64,000 nucleotides of DNA from Nitrospirota bacterium (GCA_040758355.1 JBFLWF010000005.1:54907-118906), one strand, 5' to 3'; positions 30,011 through 40,172 are shown, counted from the stretch's first letter. Notes: generated from the sequence alone by a model not told the origin. Made by a program: numbers and translations.

Positions 30011-30751
30011 TCACCTTCTAAATTTCTCCATCCTGCTTTTCAGCTTAACAAGGACCTTGCCGTGCAGTTGACAGACCCTCGACTCGCTGATATCCAGAAC
30101 CCTGCCTATTTCCTTCATTGTAAGTTCTTCAAAATAATAAAGTGTTATCACAAGCCTCTCTTTCTCAGGAAGTTCGTCTATGGCGCTGCCGAGGGCAGAC
30201 CTTAACTCCTTTAGATTCAACTCATCCAGCATGTCCCTCTCATCCTCTTTTGATATACATTCGAGAATATCGAGCGATTCGCCGTCCTTGCTTACTCCTA
30301 AATCCTCCAGACTTATCATGTTCATGGTATTGGCTATGGATAAGGTCTTGTAGAGCTCGTCGAGGGTTATGTTCAGCCTTTCCGCAACCTCTTCATCCGT
30401 GGCAATCCGGTTAAAGCTCTTTTCGAGTTCGGAATAGGCTTTTCTAACCGCTTCCAGCTTCTTTCGTGCATCCTTTGATGCCCACTGCATGGAGCGGATC
30501 TCATCGATTATGGCGCCCCTTATTCTAAAGTCTGCAAAGGTGCTGAGCGTTGCGTTCATGGAGGGGTCATACCGCTCTATTGCCTCTAAAAGTCCTACTA
30601 TTCCTGCCGATACTAAATCTTCAATGCTTAATTCCGGAGGGAGGCAAAAGGCATATTTGCTCGCATAATATTTTACCCTCGGCAAAAACTGCTCTATTAT
30701 CCTCTCTTTCTCTTTTTCGGATACTTTTCGTTTTTTTGATATTTTTCCCAT
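30011..30751 (-). CDS. fliA: Flagellar sigma factor FliA (sigma28)
   Basis: EDLVSAGIVGLLEAIERYD..RIRGAIIDEIR..LTMKEIG..SESRVCQLH. Confidence 0.96.
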   Translation of the reverse strand: MGKISKKRKVSEKEKERIIEQFLPRVKYYASKYAFCLPPELSIEDLVSAGIVGLLEAIERYDPSMNATLSTFADFRIRGAIIDEIRSMQWASKDARKKLEAVRKAYSELEKSFNRIATDEEVAERLNITLDELYKTLSIANTMNMISLEDLGVSKDGESLDILECISKEDERDMLDELNLKELRSALGSAIDELPEKERLVITLYYFEELTMKEIGRVLDISESRVCQLHGKVLVKLKSRMEKFRR

Positions 30752-30759
30752 TGATTAAT

Positions 30760-30981
30760 TATAACCAAATTGAGCAATTCTGATTTAGAAAATATATGTC
30801 AGGTGCGGCGAAAAGACTTTAAACCCCGCACTTGTATTAACATTTATCTTGTATCCGTCATTTACAACATCGGATACTTGTTGGGTGATGCACTTATAAT
30901 CTCCTGTAATACACTTGAAATAGCACTTTTTAAAGTCTTTGAGCCGTGCCTGACATATAAAATCGCTCAATTCAGGCTATA
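30760..30981 (+). mobile_element. ERIC/MITE-like palindromic element, copy 2 (full length, 222 bp, TATA termini)
   Basis: TATAACC.AATTGAGC...GCTCAATT.AGGCTATA ends; inner arms tatatgtcaggtgcggc.aaagactttaaa / tttaaagtcttt.gccgtgcctgacatata. Confidence 0.75.
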
Positions 30982-30990
30982 ACAAGTTCC

Positions 30991-31809
30991 TTACCCAACC
31001 CTCAGTGCCTTTTTTAAGAAGAACTGTATATTCCCCTTTACCTCATTGAGTGGATTATCAAGCACCTTCTTTCCTATGGCTGCCAGCCTTTTCGTGAAGT
31101 TGCTGTTCGGATACATTGCTATAAAGCCCTTCTGGGCAATTATCGCATCCTTCACATGCTGGTCAAAGGGCAGATATCCAAGGTAATCTATCGAGAGGTT
31201 AAGGAACTTATCAGCAACGATTGCCAGTTTCCTGAAGGTATCGAATGCCTCCTTCTCGGAGCGGGCTGTGTTGACGAGGATCCTGAAATGCCTTTCCTGA
31301 AAATCCCTCGAAAGCACCTTTATCAGGGCATATGCATCGGCTATGGATGTTGGCTCCGGGGTTACGACCACTATCGTTTCCTGTGCAGCACTGCAGAAAA
31401 ACAATACATTGTCCGATATGCCTGCACCGGTATCGATCAAGAATATATCAAATGCCATATCAAACTCATCCAGCTCCGAAACAAGCTTTAATCTATGCCT
31501 GTCTGTCAGCTTTGTAAGCTCTCTGATGCCCGAGCTTGCCGGAAGTATCATTATCCCAAGAGGCCCTGTGACGATAATGTCCTTTATCCTCTTTTCTCCC
31601 AGAAGCACGTGCTTGAGATTGTATTTGGGGGCTATGCCGAATAACACATCTATGTTGCTCAGTCCTAAATCGGCATCGAGTACGAGCACCCTCTTATTGA
31701 GGCTTGCGTAGAACAGGGCAAGGTTGGCGACGAAATTTGTCTTTCCAACACCGCCCTTTCCGCTTGAGACAGCAATTATCCGCGGCCCGCTGATATTATT
31801 AACGTTCAT
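30991..31809 (-). CDS. flhG: MinD-like ATPase FlhG/FleN
   Basis: SGKGGVGKTN, DADLGLSN, IDTGAG, PEPTSIADAYA; follows flhF. Confidence 0.94.
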   Translation of the reverse strand: MNVNNISGPRIIAVSSGKGGVGKTNFVANLALFYASLNKRVLVLDADLGLSNIDVLFGIAPKYNLKHVLLGEKRIKDIIVTGPLGIMILPASSGIRELTKLTDRHRLKLVSELDEFDMAFDIFLIDTGAGISDNVLFFCSAAQETIVVVTPEPTSIADAYALIKVLSRDFQERHFRILVNTARSEKEAFDTFRKLAIVADKFLNLSIDYLGYLPFDQHVKDAIIAQKGFIAMYPNSNFTKRLAAIGKKVLDNPLNEVKGNIQFFLKKALRVG

Positions 31810-32855
31810 TAAACACCTCCGACAATCAGACCTGCAAGAAATTCAGGAGTAGGAATCCTTATGTCATCAGGGACATCCGGACCTGTAGCAACAAAGGATA
31901 ATGGACGGCTGGTAAGGAGTGAAAGGTTATAAAGGCTTCCATACTGTGTCGCCATATCCAGCTTTGTAAAACCTATGGAATCGATCATATCGGGATTGCA
32001 CCTCTGCCATGCCTTTAGCGCTGCCTGCGTATCCATGGAGGCATCCATAAGAAAGCATTTCTTCATCGGGAACCCTGAAGGAAATATCTCCCTTATATCC
32101 TCCAGTATTTCTTTATACTCATATCCAGGCGTATCGATGAGGATGGGACCTCTTCCCATCTCACGGTATACGATCTTCGGCAGGTCACTCACATTTCTTA
32201 TAACCCTCAACGGGCACTTGATCTGTTTTGAAAGCTCCTTCATGTATGCCATAGAGCCTATCCTGTTGTCATCGAGGGAGATGAGATTTACCGGTTTCTT
32301 TTTCGATGCAAGCAAATGGGCCACCTTTGACATGGTCGTGGTTTTGCCGACGCCGGGAGGGCCGAGGAATATAAGCCCGCTCTCCTCTGCAGGCAGCATA
32401 CCCTGTATCTTTAAATCATTCTTTATAACGCCCTTGAGACTGTCCAGAGAGTCCTGCGCCCTTTCGAGCAAGATTATGGCGAACTGTGTATCAACGCCCT
32501 GTTTCACGAGGAGATTGAACAATCCCTTTTTATCCTTTCCGATCCTGAGGGCAGGCACTATTGGCCGCAGTGTTTCCTTTAAGAAGCCCATCTCATCCCT
32601 TAGTCCCCTTATCTCTTTCAGTATCTCCTCGACATCTGAAAATCCCGCCTTTACAGCAGGATTAATGTTTACTGCAATATCCCCCATAGAATCGTCTATG
32701 GCAGCAGTGACTTCAACGGCATCTTTGTTGATGATCCCGAAAGGCCCTGTCTTTACAGACTTGCTCGAAAGTATTATTGCGTCAGGCCCGAGCTCCTTCT
32801 TCACCGTCTCAAGGGCTTCTTTAAAACTACGACCAACGAATTTCTTGATTTTCAT
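31809..32855 (-). CDS. flhF: SRP-type GTPase FlhF
   Basis: MKIKKF..ELGPDAIIL; GPPGVGKTTT, DTPG, TKLD. Confidence 0.93.
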   Translation of the reverse strand: MKIKKFVGRSFKEALETVKKELGPDAIILSSKSVKTGPFGIINKDAVEVTAAIDDSMGDIAVNINPAVKAGFSDVEEILKEIRGLRDEMGFLKETLRPIVPALRIGKDKKGLFNLLVKQGVDTQFAIILLERAQDSLDSLKGVIKNDLKIQGMLPAEESGLIFLGPPGVGKTTTMSKVAHLLASKKKPVNLISLDDNRIGSMAYMKELSKQIKCPLRVIRNVSDLPKIVYREMGRGPILIDTPGYEYKEILEDIREIFPSGFPMKKCFLMDASMDTQAALKAWQRCNPDMIDSIGFTKLDMATQYGSLYNLSLLTSRPLSFVATGPDVPDDIRIPTPEFLAGLIVGGV

Positions 32856-32875
32856 CTATCTGCCCCCCTCTTTAA

Positions 32876-32946
32876 TAGTCATTAAGCTATTAAGTCATTG
32901 AGTTATTAAGTTATTAATTACTATTTACTTAATTACTTATTTACTC
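32876..32946. repeat. Inverted 8-nt tandem arrays between flhA and flhF
   Basis: attaagctattaagtcattgagttattaagtt...tatttacttaattacttatttact. Confidence 0.6.
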
Positions 32947-34986
32947 TATCTTTATCGTTCCTATCGAATAAACCTTTGTGCCCGGTGCAATTTCACCGTG
33001 GGATACCACCATGATGCTTCCAGAAACCCGCTCTGTCAGCTTTTTCGCGAACCTCCTTATTGCCGGAGAACATAAAAGCACAGGCTGGTACCCCTTCTGC
33101 ATGCCTTCCTCAAAACTCTTTCGTATGCCTTCAACGACCTTCTCGGTTGTTGCTGGATCGAGGGCGAGATACGAACCCTGCGGCGTTGTTTGCACCGCCT
33201 CGATGATCGATCGCTCAACCCTCGGGTCGATCAATATAACGGACACGGAACCATCTGGATTTTGCAACTGTCTTGTTATGCCCCGTGCCAATGCCTGCCT
33301 CACATACTCCGTGAGGATATCCGTATCTTTGGTAACATTCGCATAATCTGACAATGCCTCGAGGATAGTCTGCAGGTCTCTTATGCAGACCCTTTCCCTG
33401 AGAAGGTTCTGAAGCACCTTCTGAACAGCACCCAGATTCAAAAGCCCGGGGATAAGGTCTTCAACAACCTTCGGATGCGTTTTTGAAAGATTATCCAGCA
33501 GTTTCTGGACATCCTGCTTGCCGAGGAGTTCATGGGCATAGTTCTTTATCACCTCTGTAAGATGGGTCGTAATAACAGAAGGGACGTCCACAACAGTGTA
33601 GCCGGCAAGCTGCGCCCTTTCCACATCCCTTTCATCTATCCATAGGGCAGGCAATCCGAATGTAGGGTCTTTGGCTGGTATACCCTCTATCCTGACCTTC
33701 TCTGTTCCAGGTGATATAGCGAGATATTTATTGATCATTACCTCTGCAGATGCAACCTCAACGCCTTTGATGAGAAGGGAATACTGCGTTGGCTTTAAAG
33801 ACAGATTATCCTTTATATGAACAGGCGGGACGATGAACCCCATGTCTGTTACCATCTGCTTCCTGATCGCCTTGATCCTCGTCAAAAGCGGGCCTCCTTC
33901 TTCCACAAGCGGGATAAGACCGTAACCGATTTCGAGGGCGAGGGGATCAAGTGGCAGTAGTGACTCGAGGGTCTCCACAGGCTTAGCTTCTTCAGCAGGG
34001 GCCGGTGCAGCCTCTTCTTCCCTTTTAGCCGCCTTGCTTAAGAAATATGCGCCTGTCCCCGTAATTGTAGCAAGCATCAGGAATGGGACGTGCGGCAATC
34101 CCGGAATAAGACCGAAAAACGCCAGTATGCCTGCAGCCGTTCCCAATGCCTTTGGATTTATCAGTAACTGTTTTACCACCTCTGCGCCTAAATTGGCTTC
34201 TGTGGCGGCTCGGCTCACGATAATGCCTGCTGCTGTGGATGTAATAAGGGCGGGTATCTGGGCAACAAGTCCGTCGCCGATTGTGAGGATTGTGTAAGTC
34301 TTTGCAGCATCGGCAATTGGCATTCCTTTTTGCAAAACGCCGATGAGGAAACCGCCTATTATGTTAATGACCATTATGATTATGGCTGCAATGGCATCAC
34401 CCCTGACGAATTTGCTTGCGCCGTCCATGGCTCCGTAGAAATCAGCCTCCCTGCTTATCTCCTGCCTCCGCCTCCTTGCCTCTGTCTCGTCGATAAGACC
34501 TGCATTCAGATCGGCATCGATGCTCATCTGTTTGCCCGGCATTGCATCGAGGGTAAACCTTGCAGAGACCTCGGCGATTCTTCCTGCACCCTTTGTTATG
34601 ACCACGAAATTTATGATGATCAGGATAAAGAATATGACAAAGCCGACCACATAGTTGCCGCCGACAACAAATTCTCCAAATGACTTTATAACCTTTCCTG
34701 CTGCCTCTGTGCCTATATCCCCCCTCATCAGTATCAGCCTTGTGGCAGCTATGTTCAGGGAGAGCCTGAGCAGCGTTGATATGAGAAGGATTGACGGGAA
34801 TACCGAGAAGTCAAGGGGCTTATAACTGTACGCAGAAACAAGAAGAACCACAACCGACAGGGTGATGCTGAAAGAAAGCGCCATGTCCAGCAATATTGGC
34901 GGCATGGGTATTATCATCAAACCGAGGATTACGACAATACCAACTGCCAGCACAAGATCGCTCTGTCTCAATAATCTATCGAGCAT
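32941..34986 (-). CDS. flhA: Export gate protein FlhA
   Basis: RFTLDAMPGKQMSIDADL, FYGAMDGASKFVRGDA. Confidence 0.97.
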   Translation of the reverse strand: MLDRLLRQSDLVLAVGIVVILGLMIIPMPPILLDMALSFSITLSVVVLLVSAYSYKPLDFSVFPSILLISTLLRLSLNIAATRLILMRGDIGTEAAGKVIKSFGEFVVGGNYVVGFVIFFILIIINFVVITKGAGRIAEVSARFTLDAMPGKQMSIDADLNAGLIDETEARRRRQEISREADFYGAMDGASKFVRGDAIAAIIIMVINIIGGFLIGVLQKGMPIADAAKTYTILTIGDGLVAQIPALITSTAAGIIVSRAATEANLGAEVVKQLLINPKALGTAAGILAFFGLIPGLPHVPFLMLATITGTGAYFLSKAAKREEEAAPAPAEEAKPVETLESLLPLDPLALEIGYGLIPLVEEGGPLLTRIKAIRKQMVTDMGFIVPPVHIKDNLSLKPTQYSLLIKGVEVASAEVMINKYLAISPGTEKVRIEGIPAKDPTFGLPALWIDERDVERAQLAGYTVVDVPSVITTHLTEVIKNYAHELLGKQDVQKLLDNLSKTHPKVVEDLIPGLLNLGAVQKVLQNLLRERVCIRDLQTILEALSDYANVTKDTDILTEYVRQALARGITRQLQNPDGSVSVILIDPRVERSIIEAVQTTPQGSYLALDPATTEKVVEGIRKSFEEGMQKGYQPVLLCSPAIRRFAKKLTERVSGSIMVVSHGEIAPGTKVYSIGTIKIE

Positions 34987-36046
34987 GGCCTGCCTTTTTG
35001 TTTTTCAGTTTATACACATTCGCAAGTATCGTTGCTACTGCCCTGTACAGTGTTTCGGGAATCTCCTGTCCAATGTTCAGCTTAAATAAAGTCCTTGCAA
35101 GGGGCTTGTCCTCAAAAACAGGCACGCCGCTTTTTGCAGCAATTTCCTTTATCTTCTCCGCAACAATGTTTGCTCCCTTTGCAACGATTGTCGGAGCACC
35201 CATCTTTGACGAGTCATACTTTAACGCAACAGCAAAATGCGTGGGGTTCGTTATGACCACGTCGGCCTTTGGAACCTCCTGCATCATCCTCTTCCGTGCC
35301 ATCTCCCTCTGAAGGCTCTTTATCCGCGCCTTAACACGGGGATCGCCCTCCACCTCTTTGTACTCTTCCTTCACTTCCTGTTTGGTCATCCTCAAGTTGC
35401 GTTCAAACTGCCATCTCTGGTAGGCAAAATCCGCAACTGCAAAAACAGTCAGGACAACAGCCGAGATAAGTAAAAGCTTTCTTATCTGGTTGAATGAAAA
35501 GCCCATAATTGACTGTATGTCCATATCTACAAGCAGGGGGAGATTTATCAGTTCCTTTTTTATAAGGAGATAAATAATAAGGCCGAGGACAATAACCTTC
35601 AAGACGCCCTTTAAGGTTTCGAAAATTGTATTAAGACTGAAGAATTTCTTTATCCCCTGAATAGGATTGATCTTGTTAATATCCGGACTCAAAGGAGCAG
35701 GCGAGAGCAAAAAGCCTGTCTGTAAAAAGTGCACAATCACGATAACAAAAAGCATAAGCCCCAGGAAGGGGGCCATTATCAATGCAACATGTACCGTGTC
35801 TGTCTTGAATACATCCATAAATGAAACCTCGTTCAAAGAAATCTCAAAACCCCTTTTCAACGATGTCTTCATATATGTAAGCAGAGAGGTGAACATAAAG
35901 CCGCCGAAGGAGAGATACAAAAACACCACCCACAGGGGCATAATTCCTGTAAGCTCCCTGCTCCTCGGTATTTCGCCCTTTTCCCGTGCCTTTTGACGCC
36001 TTCGGGGCGTCGCTTGTTCCGTTCGCTCTTCAAACTCTTCAGGCAT
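34976..36046 (-). CDS. flhB: Export switch protein FlhB
   Basis: RTEQAT; NPTH autocleavage motif. Confidence 0.97.
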   Translation of the reverse strand: MPEEFEERTEQATPRRRQKAREKGEIPRSRELTGIMPLWVVFLYLSFGGFMFTSLLTYMKTSLKRGFEISLNEVSFMDVFKTDTVHVALIMAPFLGLMLFVIVIVHFLQTGFLLSPAPLSPDINKINPIQGIKKFFSLNTIFETLKGVLKVIVLGLIIYLLIKKELINLPLLVDMDIQSIMGFSFNQIRKLLLISAVVLTVFAVADFAYQRWQFERNLRMTKQEVKEEYKEVEGDPRVKARIKSLQREMARKRMMQEVPKADVVITNPTHFAVALKYDSSKMGAPTIVAKGANIVAEKIKEIAAKSGVPVFEDKPLARTLFKLNIGQEIPETLYRAVATILANVYKLKNKKAGHAR

Positions 36047-36049
36047 CTG

Positions 36050-36787
36050 TTACCTCGTAAAGACCATTATCGCATCCTTTACATTCATAAAGGCCTTTGA
36101 AACGACCATCAATACAAGTGGCAATGAAAGCGCCATAAAAATAATCCCGCTGGTAATGAGCAGCGGAAAACTTATAAAGAATATATTGGCCTGCGGCAGC
36201 GCCCTCGAAAGAAAGCCCATGGCAAGATTGATCAATACCTGAACAAGAATGACAGGGGCTGCTATTTTAAAGGCCAGCGGAAACAAAATAGAGTTGAGCT
36301 TTATAATGGAATCGAATATCCCTTTGTACTGGATGCTGCTGATATCAAAGCTGCGCGCAATGCCCTCGATGAAATAGTGATGCATATCGAGTACGAAAAA
36401 AAGCCCCATGGAAATAAATGTGTAAAAAAGGCTCAGGGGTCCGAGCTGTTCGCCAAACATGGGGTTGAAAACAGCAGCCACGCCGATTCCCATCTCTATG
36501 CTCATCCACTGGGCTGCCGTTTCAACAGCGCCGAGGATTATCCTTGCTGTTAAACCTATTGCAGAGCCGATAAAGAACGCCTCAAAAACTGCCCTTACCG
36601 GACTTTCTGTCTTCACATTCGCAACAGGCAGAAGGAGCAGTGTCAGTGCAATGGCAAGCCCTGCCCTAACCATTATTGGTGTCATTCGCGCCCCGATAAA
36701 CGGAATGAAAGAGAGGATAACAGCAACCCTTATGAATACGGGGATGAACTTTTCAGCATACGTGTTTATAAGGTTATAAAGCTCCAT
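36050..36787 (-). CDS. fliR: Export protein FliR
   Basis: Hydrophobic; GFLSRALPQANIF; between fliQ and flhB. Confidence 0.92.
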   Translation of the reverse strand: MELYNLINTYAEKFIPVFIRVAVILSFIPFIGARMTPIMVRAGLAIALTLLLLPVANVKTESPVRAVFEAFFIGSAIGLTARIILGAVETAAQWMSIEMGIGVAAVFNPMFGEQLGPLSLFYTFISMGLFFVLDMHHYFIEGIARSFDISSIQYKGIFDSIIKLNSILFPLAFKIAAPVILVQVLINLAMGFLSRALPQANIFFISFPLLITSGIIFMALSLPLVLMVVSKAFMNVKDAIMVFTR

Positions 36788-36788
36788 C

Positions 36789-37058
36789 TTACCTCACATA
36801 CATTGGTATATTCTCGAATATGCTTCTTGTGAATCCAACCAGCACCTTAACCATCCACGGCAGTGCAACGAGCAGGGTAATGAAAACAGCTATTATCTTC
36901 GGTACAAAGGTCATTGTCATTTCCTGAAGCTGTGTGATTGCCTGAAAAATACTTATCAGCACTCCGATGATAAGGCTGACCAGCAATACAGGCCCGCCGA
37001 CAAGCAATATTGTCTCAAATGTCTGCCTCGATATCTGGTTAAGCAATTCGGTGGTCAT
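36789..37058 (-). CDS. fliQ: Export protein FliQ
   Basis: SIFQAITQLQEMTMTFVPK. Confidence 0.96.
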   Translation of the reverse strand: MTTELLNQISRQTFETILLVGGPVLLVSLIIGVLISIFQAITQLQEMTMTFVPKIIAVFITLLVALPWMVKVLVGFTRSIFENIPMYVR

Positions 37059-38095
37059 TTAAACCCCCCGATAAGCGAGCCTATCAACAAATCCCATCCA
37101 TCAACAAGGACGAACAGAAGCAATTTAAAAGGCATGGAGACCATAATAGGAGGAAGCATCATCATGCCCATCGAGAGGAGCACACTGGCAACAACCATAT
37201 CAATGACTAAAAAGGGCAGGAATATAAGAAAGCCTATCTCAAATGCCTTTTTAAGCTCGCCGATGGCAAAGGCAGGAATAACAACCCTCATCGGCAGATC
37301 CATGGGTGTTGCAGGCCTTTCAGATTTTGACATCTTTAAAAAAAGCGCAAGGTCTTTTTCCCTGGTCTGCTTCAGCATAAATTCCTTCAACGGAACTCCT
37401 GCCCTGTTAAGGGCTTCTTCCGCATTTATCTCCTTTTTTGTATAAGGCTGGTAGGCATCAGCGTAAATCCTGTCCACAACAGGCGACATGACAAAGAGGG
37501 TAATGAAGAGGGACAGACCAATTATTACCTGCGTGGGAGGAACCTGCGGAGTTCCAAGCGCCTGCCTGAGAAAGGAAAGGACCACAACAATTCTTGTAAA
37601 GCATGTGGTCATGACAAGGATTGCAGGCAGTATGGAGAGCAGTGTGAGGAATAAGAGCAATTCAAGAGGGGTGGTTAAACCAAGGAATCCTCCGGCAGGC
37701 GGAGGAGGCGCCGGTGCAGCAAAGGATAAATCAGGCAACAGGCACGAGGCTATAGGCAATAGGGCAAAGTAAAAAAATTTTCTTTTTATAAAATTTTTTA
37801 TACCGAGTGGCTGGTGGCTGGTAATCGCTGGCTGCTGTTTCATCGCTTCTTCCACATCCGATGGGTTAGGCTTGCTCAGAATGGATATGCTTTCATCAGC
37901 AATTCCCAGAACAAGGTATTCCTTTAAAACCTTAACAATTGCAACTCCCTTTTTAGGGCCAAAAGGCTGATATTGGACAATCTCGATCAATCCTTTATTG
38001 GGTAAAACCCTCTGTTTCAGAAATCTGAGGAGTAAATACAGACCGCCGAGGACAATCAGCAGTGCAACTGTAACCTTAATTAACTCAAAGCCCAA
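37055..38095 (-). CDS. fliP: FliO-FliP fused ORF
   Basis: N-terminal ~85 aa FliO-like (TM plus FGPKKGVAIVKV..YLVLGI); FliP core TCFTRIVVVLSFLRQALG, PFKLLLFVLVDGW; TTG start after GGAGGG. Confidence 0.88.
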   Translation of the reverse strand: MGFELIKVTVALLIVLGGLYLLLRFLKQRVLPNKGLIEIVQYQPFGPKKGVAIVKVLKEYLVLGIADESISILSKPNPSDVEEAMKQQPAITSHQPLGIKNFIKRKFFYFALLPIASCLLPDLSFAAPAPPPPAGGFLGLTTPLELLLFLTLLSILPAILVMTTCFTRIVVVLSFLRQALGTPQVPPTQVIIGLSLFITLFVMSPVVDRIYADAYQPYTKKEINAEEALNRAGVPLKEFMLKQTREKDLALFLKMSKSERPATPMDLPMRVVIPAFAIGELKKAFEIGFLIFLPFLVIDMVVASVLLSMGMMMLPPIMVSMPFKLLLFVLVDGWDLLIGSLIGGFK

Positions 38096-38138
38096 ATTAA
38101 CCCTCCATGTTTCATTACTCCATCACTCCAACACTCCA

Positions 38139-38474
38139 TTACCTAAGTTGCCTCACTCTTTCAGTCGGGCTTATAATGTCAGTGAGTCTGATGCCGAACT
38201 TCTCATTGACAACAACAACCTCTCCTCTGCCGATCAGTCTCTCGTTCACGTATACTTCCATGGGCTCTCCTGCCAGTTTTTCGAGGGCGATAACAGATCC
38301 CTGACCGAGCTGAAGCAGTTCCTGAACGAGAATCTTTGTCCTGCCGATAACAACGGTCAGCTCAAGGGGGACATCAAGGATAAAATTTATATCCCTCTGG
38401 GAAACCTGAGGCGATTGTGCCTCTCCCTGAAATTCCTGTACATCCAAATTTTTTACTTCATCTGCCATTTTCAT
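38139..38474 (-). CDS. fliN: Motor switch protein FliN
   Basis: ILDVPLELTVVIGRT..GEVVVVNEKFGIRLTDI. Confidence 0.96.
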   Translation of the reverse strand: MKMADEVKNLDVQEFQGEAQSPQVSQRDINFILDVPLELTVVIGRTKILVQELLQLGQGSVIALEKLAGEPMEVYVNERLIGRGEVVVVNEKFGIRLTDIISPTERVRQLR

Positions 38475-38496
38475 TCCTCCTTACGCCTTTTACGCC

Positions 38497-39459
38497 TTAT
38501 ACAACCTTTGTTATTTTTAATGCATACGAGCCTTTATAAACCCCGAATCTTCCCTTAAACTTCTGGGCTCCCTCGACAAGTACGTTGATATCTTCGTCCA
38601 CCCTCTGACCGAGGATTATTACATCCGATACCTTCATATCAAGAACATCCTGAACCGTGACCCTTGTATCTCCAAGTCTGCCTGTTACGGTTACAGGAAT
38701 CTCTTTAAGCCTTTCCTTTAATCTCTCAAGCCACTTTATGTCCAGTTCATCCCTGTCAGCAGAAAATGCACTGTAAAGTTTTTCTTTTATCGGTTCTACT
38801 GTTCCATATGGTATACAGAGAAATGCCCGACACTGCTTACCTTCGATTTCAAGGACAAATTCGACCTTTATCACCACATCCACAGGGGTAACGATGGTAA
38901 CAAACTGCGGGTTCATCTCGGAGCGCACATACGTGGGTATTACCGGATAGATGGGTTTCCATGCTTCTTCCATGTCATTGAAGAACATCATCACCACTTT
39001 GTGTATTATCTTCTGCTCTATAGGGGTGAACTCCCTGCCTTCAGGCTTGTAATAGCCCTTGCCTGTGCCGCCGAAGAAAAATTCAATGAGGCTGAATATC
39101 ATCGGTGCATCAAACACAAGAAGGCCAAAGCCCCTCAGTGGCTCCATCCTGAAAACATTTATACTCGATGGAAAAGGAACACCGCGCATGAAGTCATAGA
39201 ACTTTGTGATATTGACATTCACATTGGTTACATCAACCATGCGCCTGATCGCTGCAGACAAAGACAGGCGGAAGTTTCTGGCGAGCCTTTCGTTCGCTAT
39301 GTCGAGGGAAGGCATTCTCCCCCTGACGATTTTTTCCTGACCTGTAAAGTCATAGGGCTTTATGCCTGAGACCTCTTCTACCTTCTCGGTCTCTACAGCG
39401 CCTTCTGCTATTCCTTTTAGCAGCGCATCAACTTCTTCTTGCGAAAGAATATCTTCCAT
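38497..39459 (-). CDS. fliM: Motor switch protein FliM
   Basis: ILSQEEVDALL, FFGGTG, EMNPQF. Confidence 0.96.
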   Translation of the reverse strand: MEDILSQEEVDALLKGIAEGAVETEKVEEVSGIKPYDFTGQEKIVRGRMPSLDIANERLARNFRLSLSAAIRRMVDVTNVNVNITKFYDFMRGVPFPSSINVFRMEPLRGFGLLVFDAPMIFSLIEFFFGGTGKGYYKPEGREFTPIEQKIIHKVVMMFFNDMEEAWKPIYPVIPTYVRSEMNPQFVTIVTPVDVVIKVEFVLEIEGKQCRAFLCIPYGTVEPIKEKLYSAFSADRDELDIKWLERLKERLKEIPVTVTGRLGDTRVTVQDVLDMKVSDVIILGQRVDEDINVLVEGAQKFKGRFGVYKGSYALKITKVV

Positions 39460-39528
39460 TTTACTCCTTGTTATAAGTTAATGAGTCACTCATCAACTCT
39501 TTTACCCATCTACTCATTCACTTTGTTT

Positions 39529-40023
39529 TTACTGCATTACGAAATCCGTAAGATATACATTTTTTACTGAGTTCTCTCCAAGCACCTGGTTAATCCTTAT
39601 ATTTATCTCGTCCTTAAGCTGCAGTTTTCCTTCAGGAGAGATCAATGCATCGGATGTCTTGCTTGTAAGAAGCGTAATAATCGCATCCCTTATCTGAGGG
39701 GTCTTTGTTTTTGCCTTTTCCATAACAGCAGGCCCGGTAAGCTCAAGCTGCAAAGATACCTTTAAAAACCTTGTCCCTGTCGGGTCGCTTAGGTTAACGA
39801 CAAATGGCTCAAGTGCAAATGTTACTCCTTCTGCAGCCTTTGTCTCTTCAGTCTTTTGTGCCTTATTACCACCTGATTTTGTGAAAAAGAAGAATGCACC
39901 TGCACCGCCGGCAAGGACAGCAACTGCAATAATGATAATCAAGATCAAATTCTTCCCTTTTTTCTTTTTCGGCTCCTGACCTTCTTCTTCGCCTTCCAAT
40001 TTCTCTTCTTTCTCATCAACCAT
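39529..40023 (-). CDS. fliL: Basal body-associated protein FliL
   Basis: Single TM; PFVVNL..RFLKV..IRDAI..VYLTDFVMQ. Confidence 0.94.
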   Translation of the reverse strand: MVDEKEEKLEGEEEGQEPKKKKGKNLILIIIIAVAVLAGGAGAFFFFTKSGGNKAQKTEETKAAEGVTFALEPFVVNLSDPTGTRFLKVSLQLELTGPAVMEKAKTKTPQIRDAIITLLTSKTSDALISPEGKLQLKDEINIRINQVLGENSVKNVYLTDFVMQ

Positions 40024-40038
40024 AAAAAACCTCCATAT

Positions 40039-40160
40039 TTAAGTAGTTAAGGGGTTAAGTAGTTAAGGGGTTAAGGGTAAAGTTCCATTAACTACTTAAT
40101 CCCTTTGCGTCGTGCGCGAAGTGTGGGCGCTCTGACTCACGACGCTCAACGCTTTACGCA
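40039..40160. repeat. Two inverted tandem arrays in the fliL leader (8-nt TTAAGTAG/TTAAGGGG, then a 7-nt GCGT-rich pair)
   Basis: ttaagtagttaaggggttaagtagttaagggg...ttaactacttaatccc; gcgtcgtg...cacgacgc. The first is the same unit family as 3170-3251. Confidence 0.7.
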
Positions 40161-40172
40161 CAAATTGTGCCA
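40157..40172 (-). promoter_or_regulatory. Sigma54 promoter of the fliL operon
   Basis: TGGCAC-AATTT-GTGCG. Confidence 0.75.

Noticed and set aside
29805..30981. Elements flanking fliA as integron attC sites
   Set aside because: Ends only loosely fit RYYYAAC/GTTRRRY, there is no integrase, fliA is in its normal flhF-flhG-fliA position, and other copies are dispersed in both orientations.
29761..30982. Small ORFs 29761-29967, 30785-30970 and 30770-30982 that resemble each other
   Set aside because: They lie within the palindromic element copies, have no SD, and their similarity is explained by the DNA repeat.
31975..32901. Long plus-strand ORFs (308 aa here; also 23555-24394, 28674-29423, 17279-17944, 52765-53406)
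   Set aside because: Antisense shadows of well-supported minus-strand genes, with no recognisable motifs.
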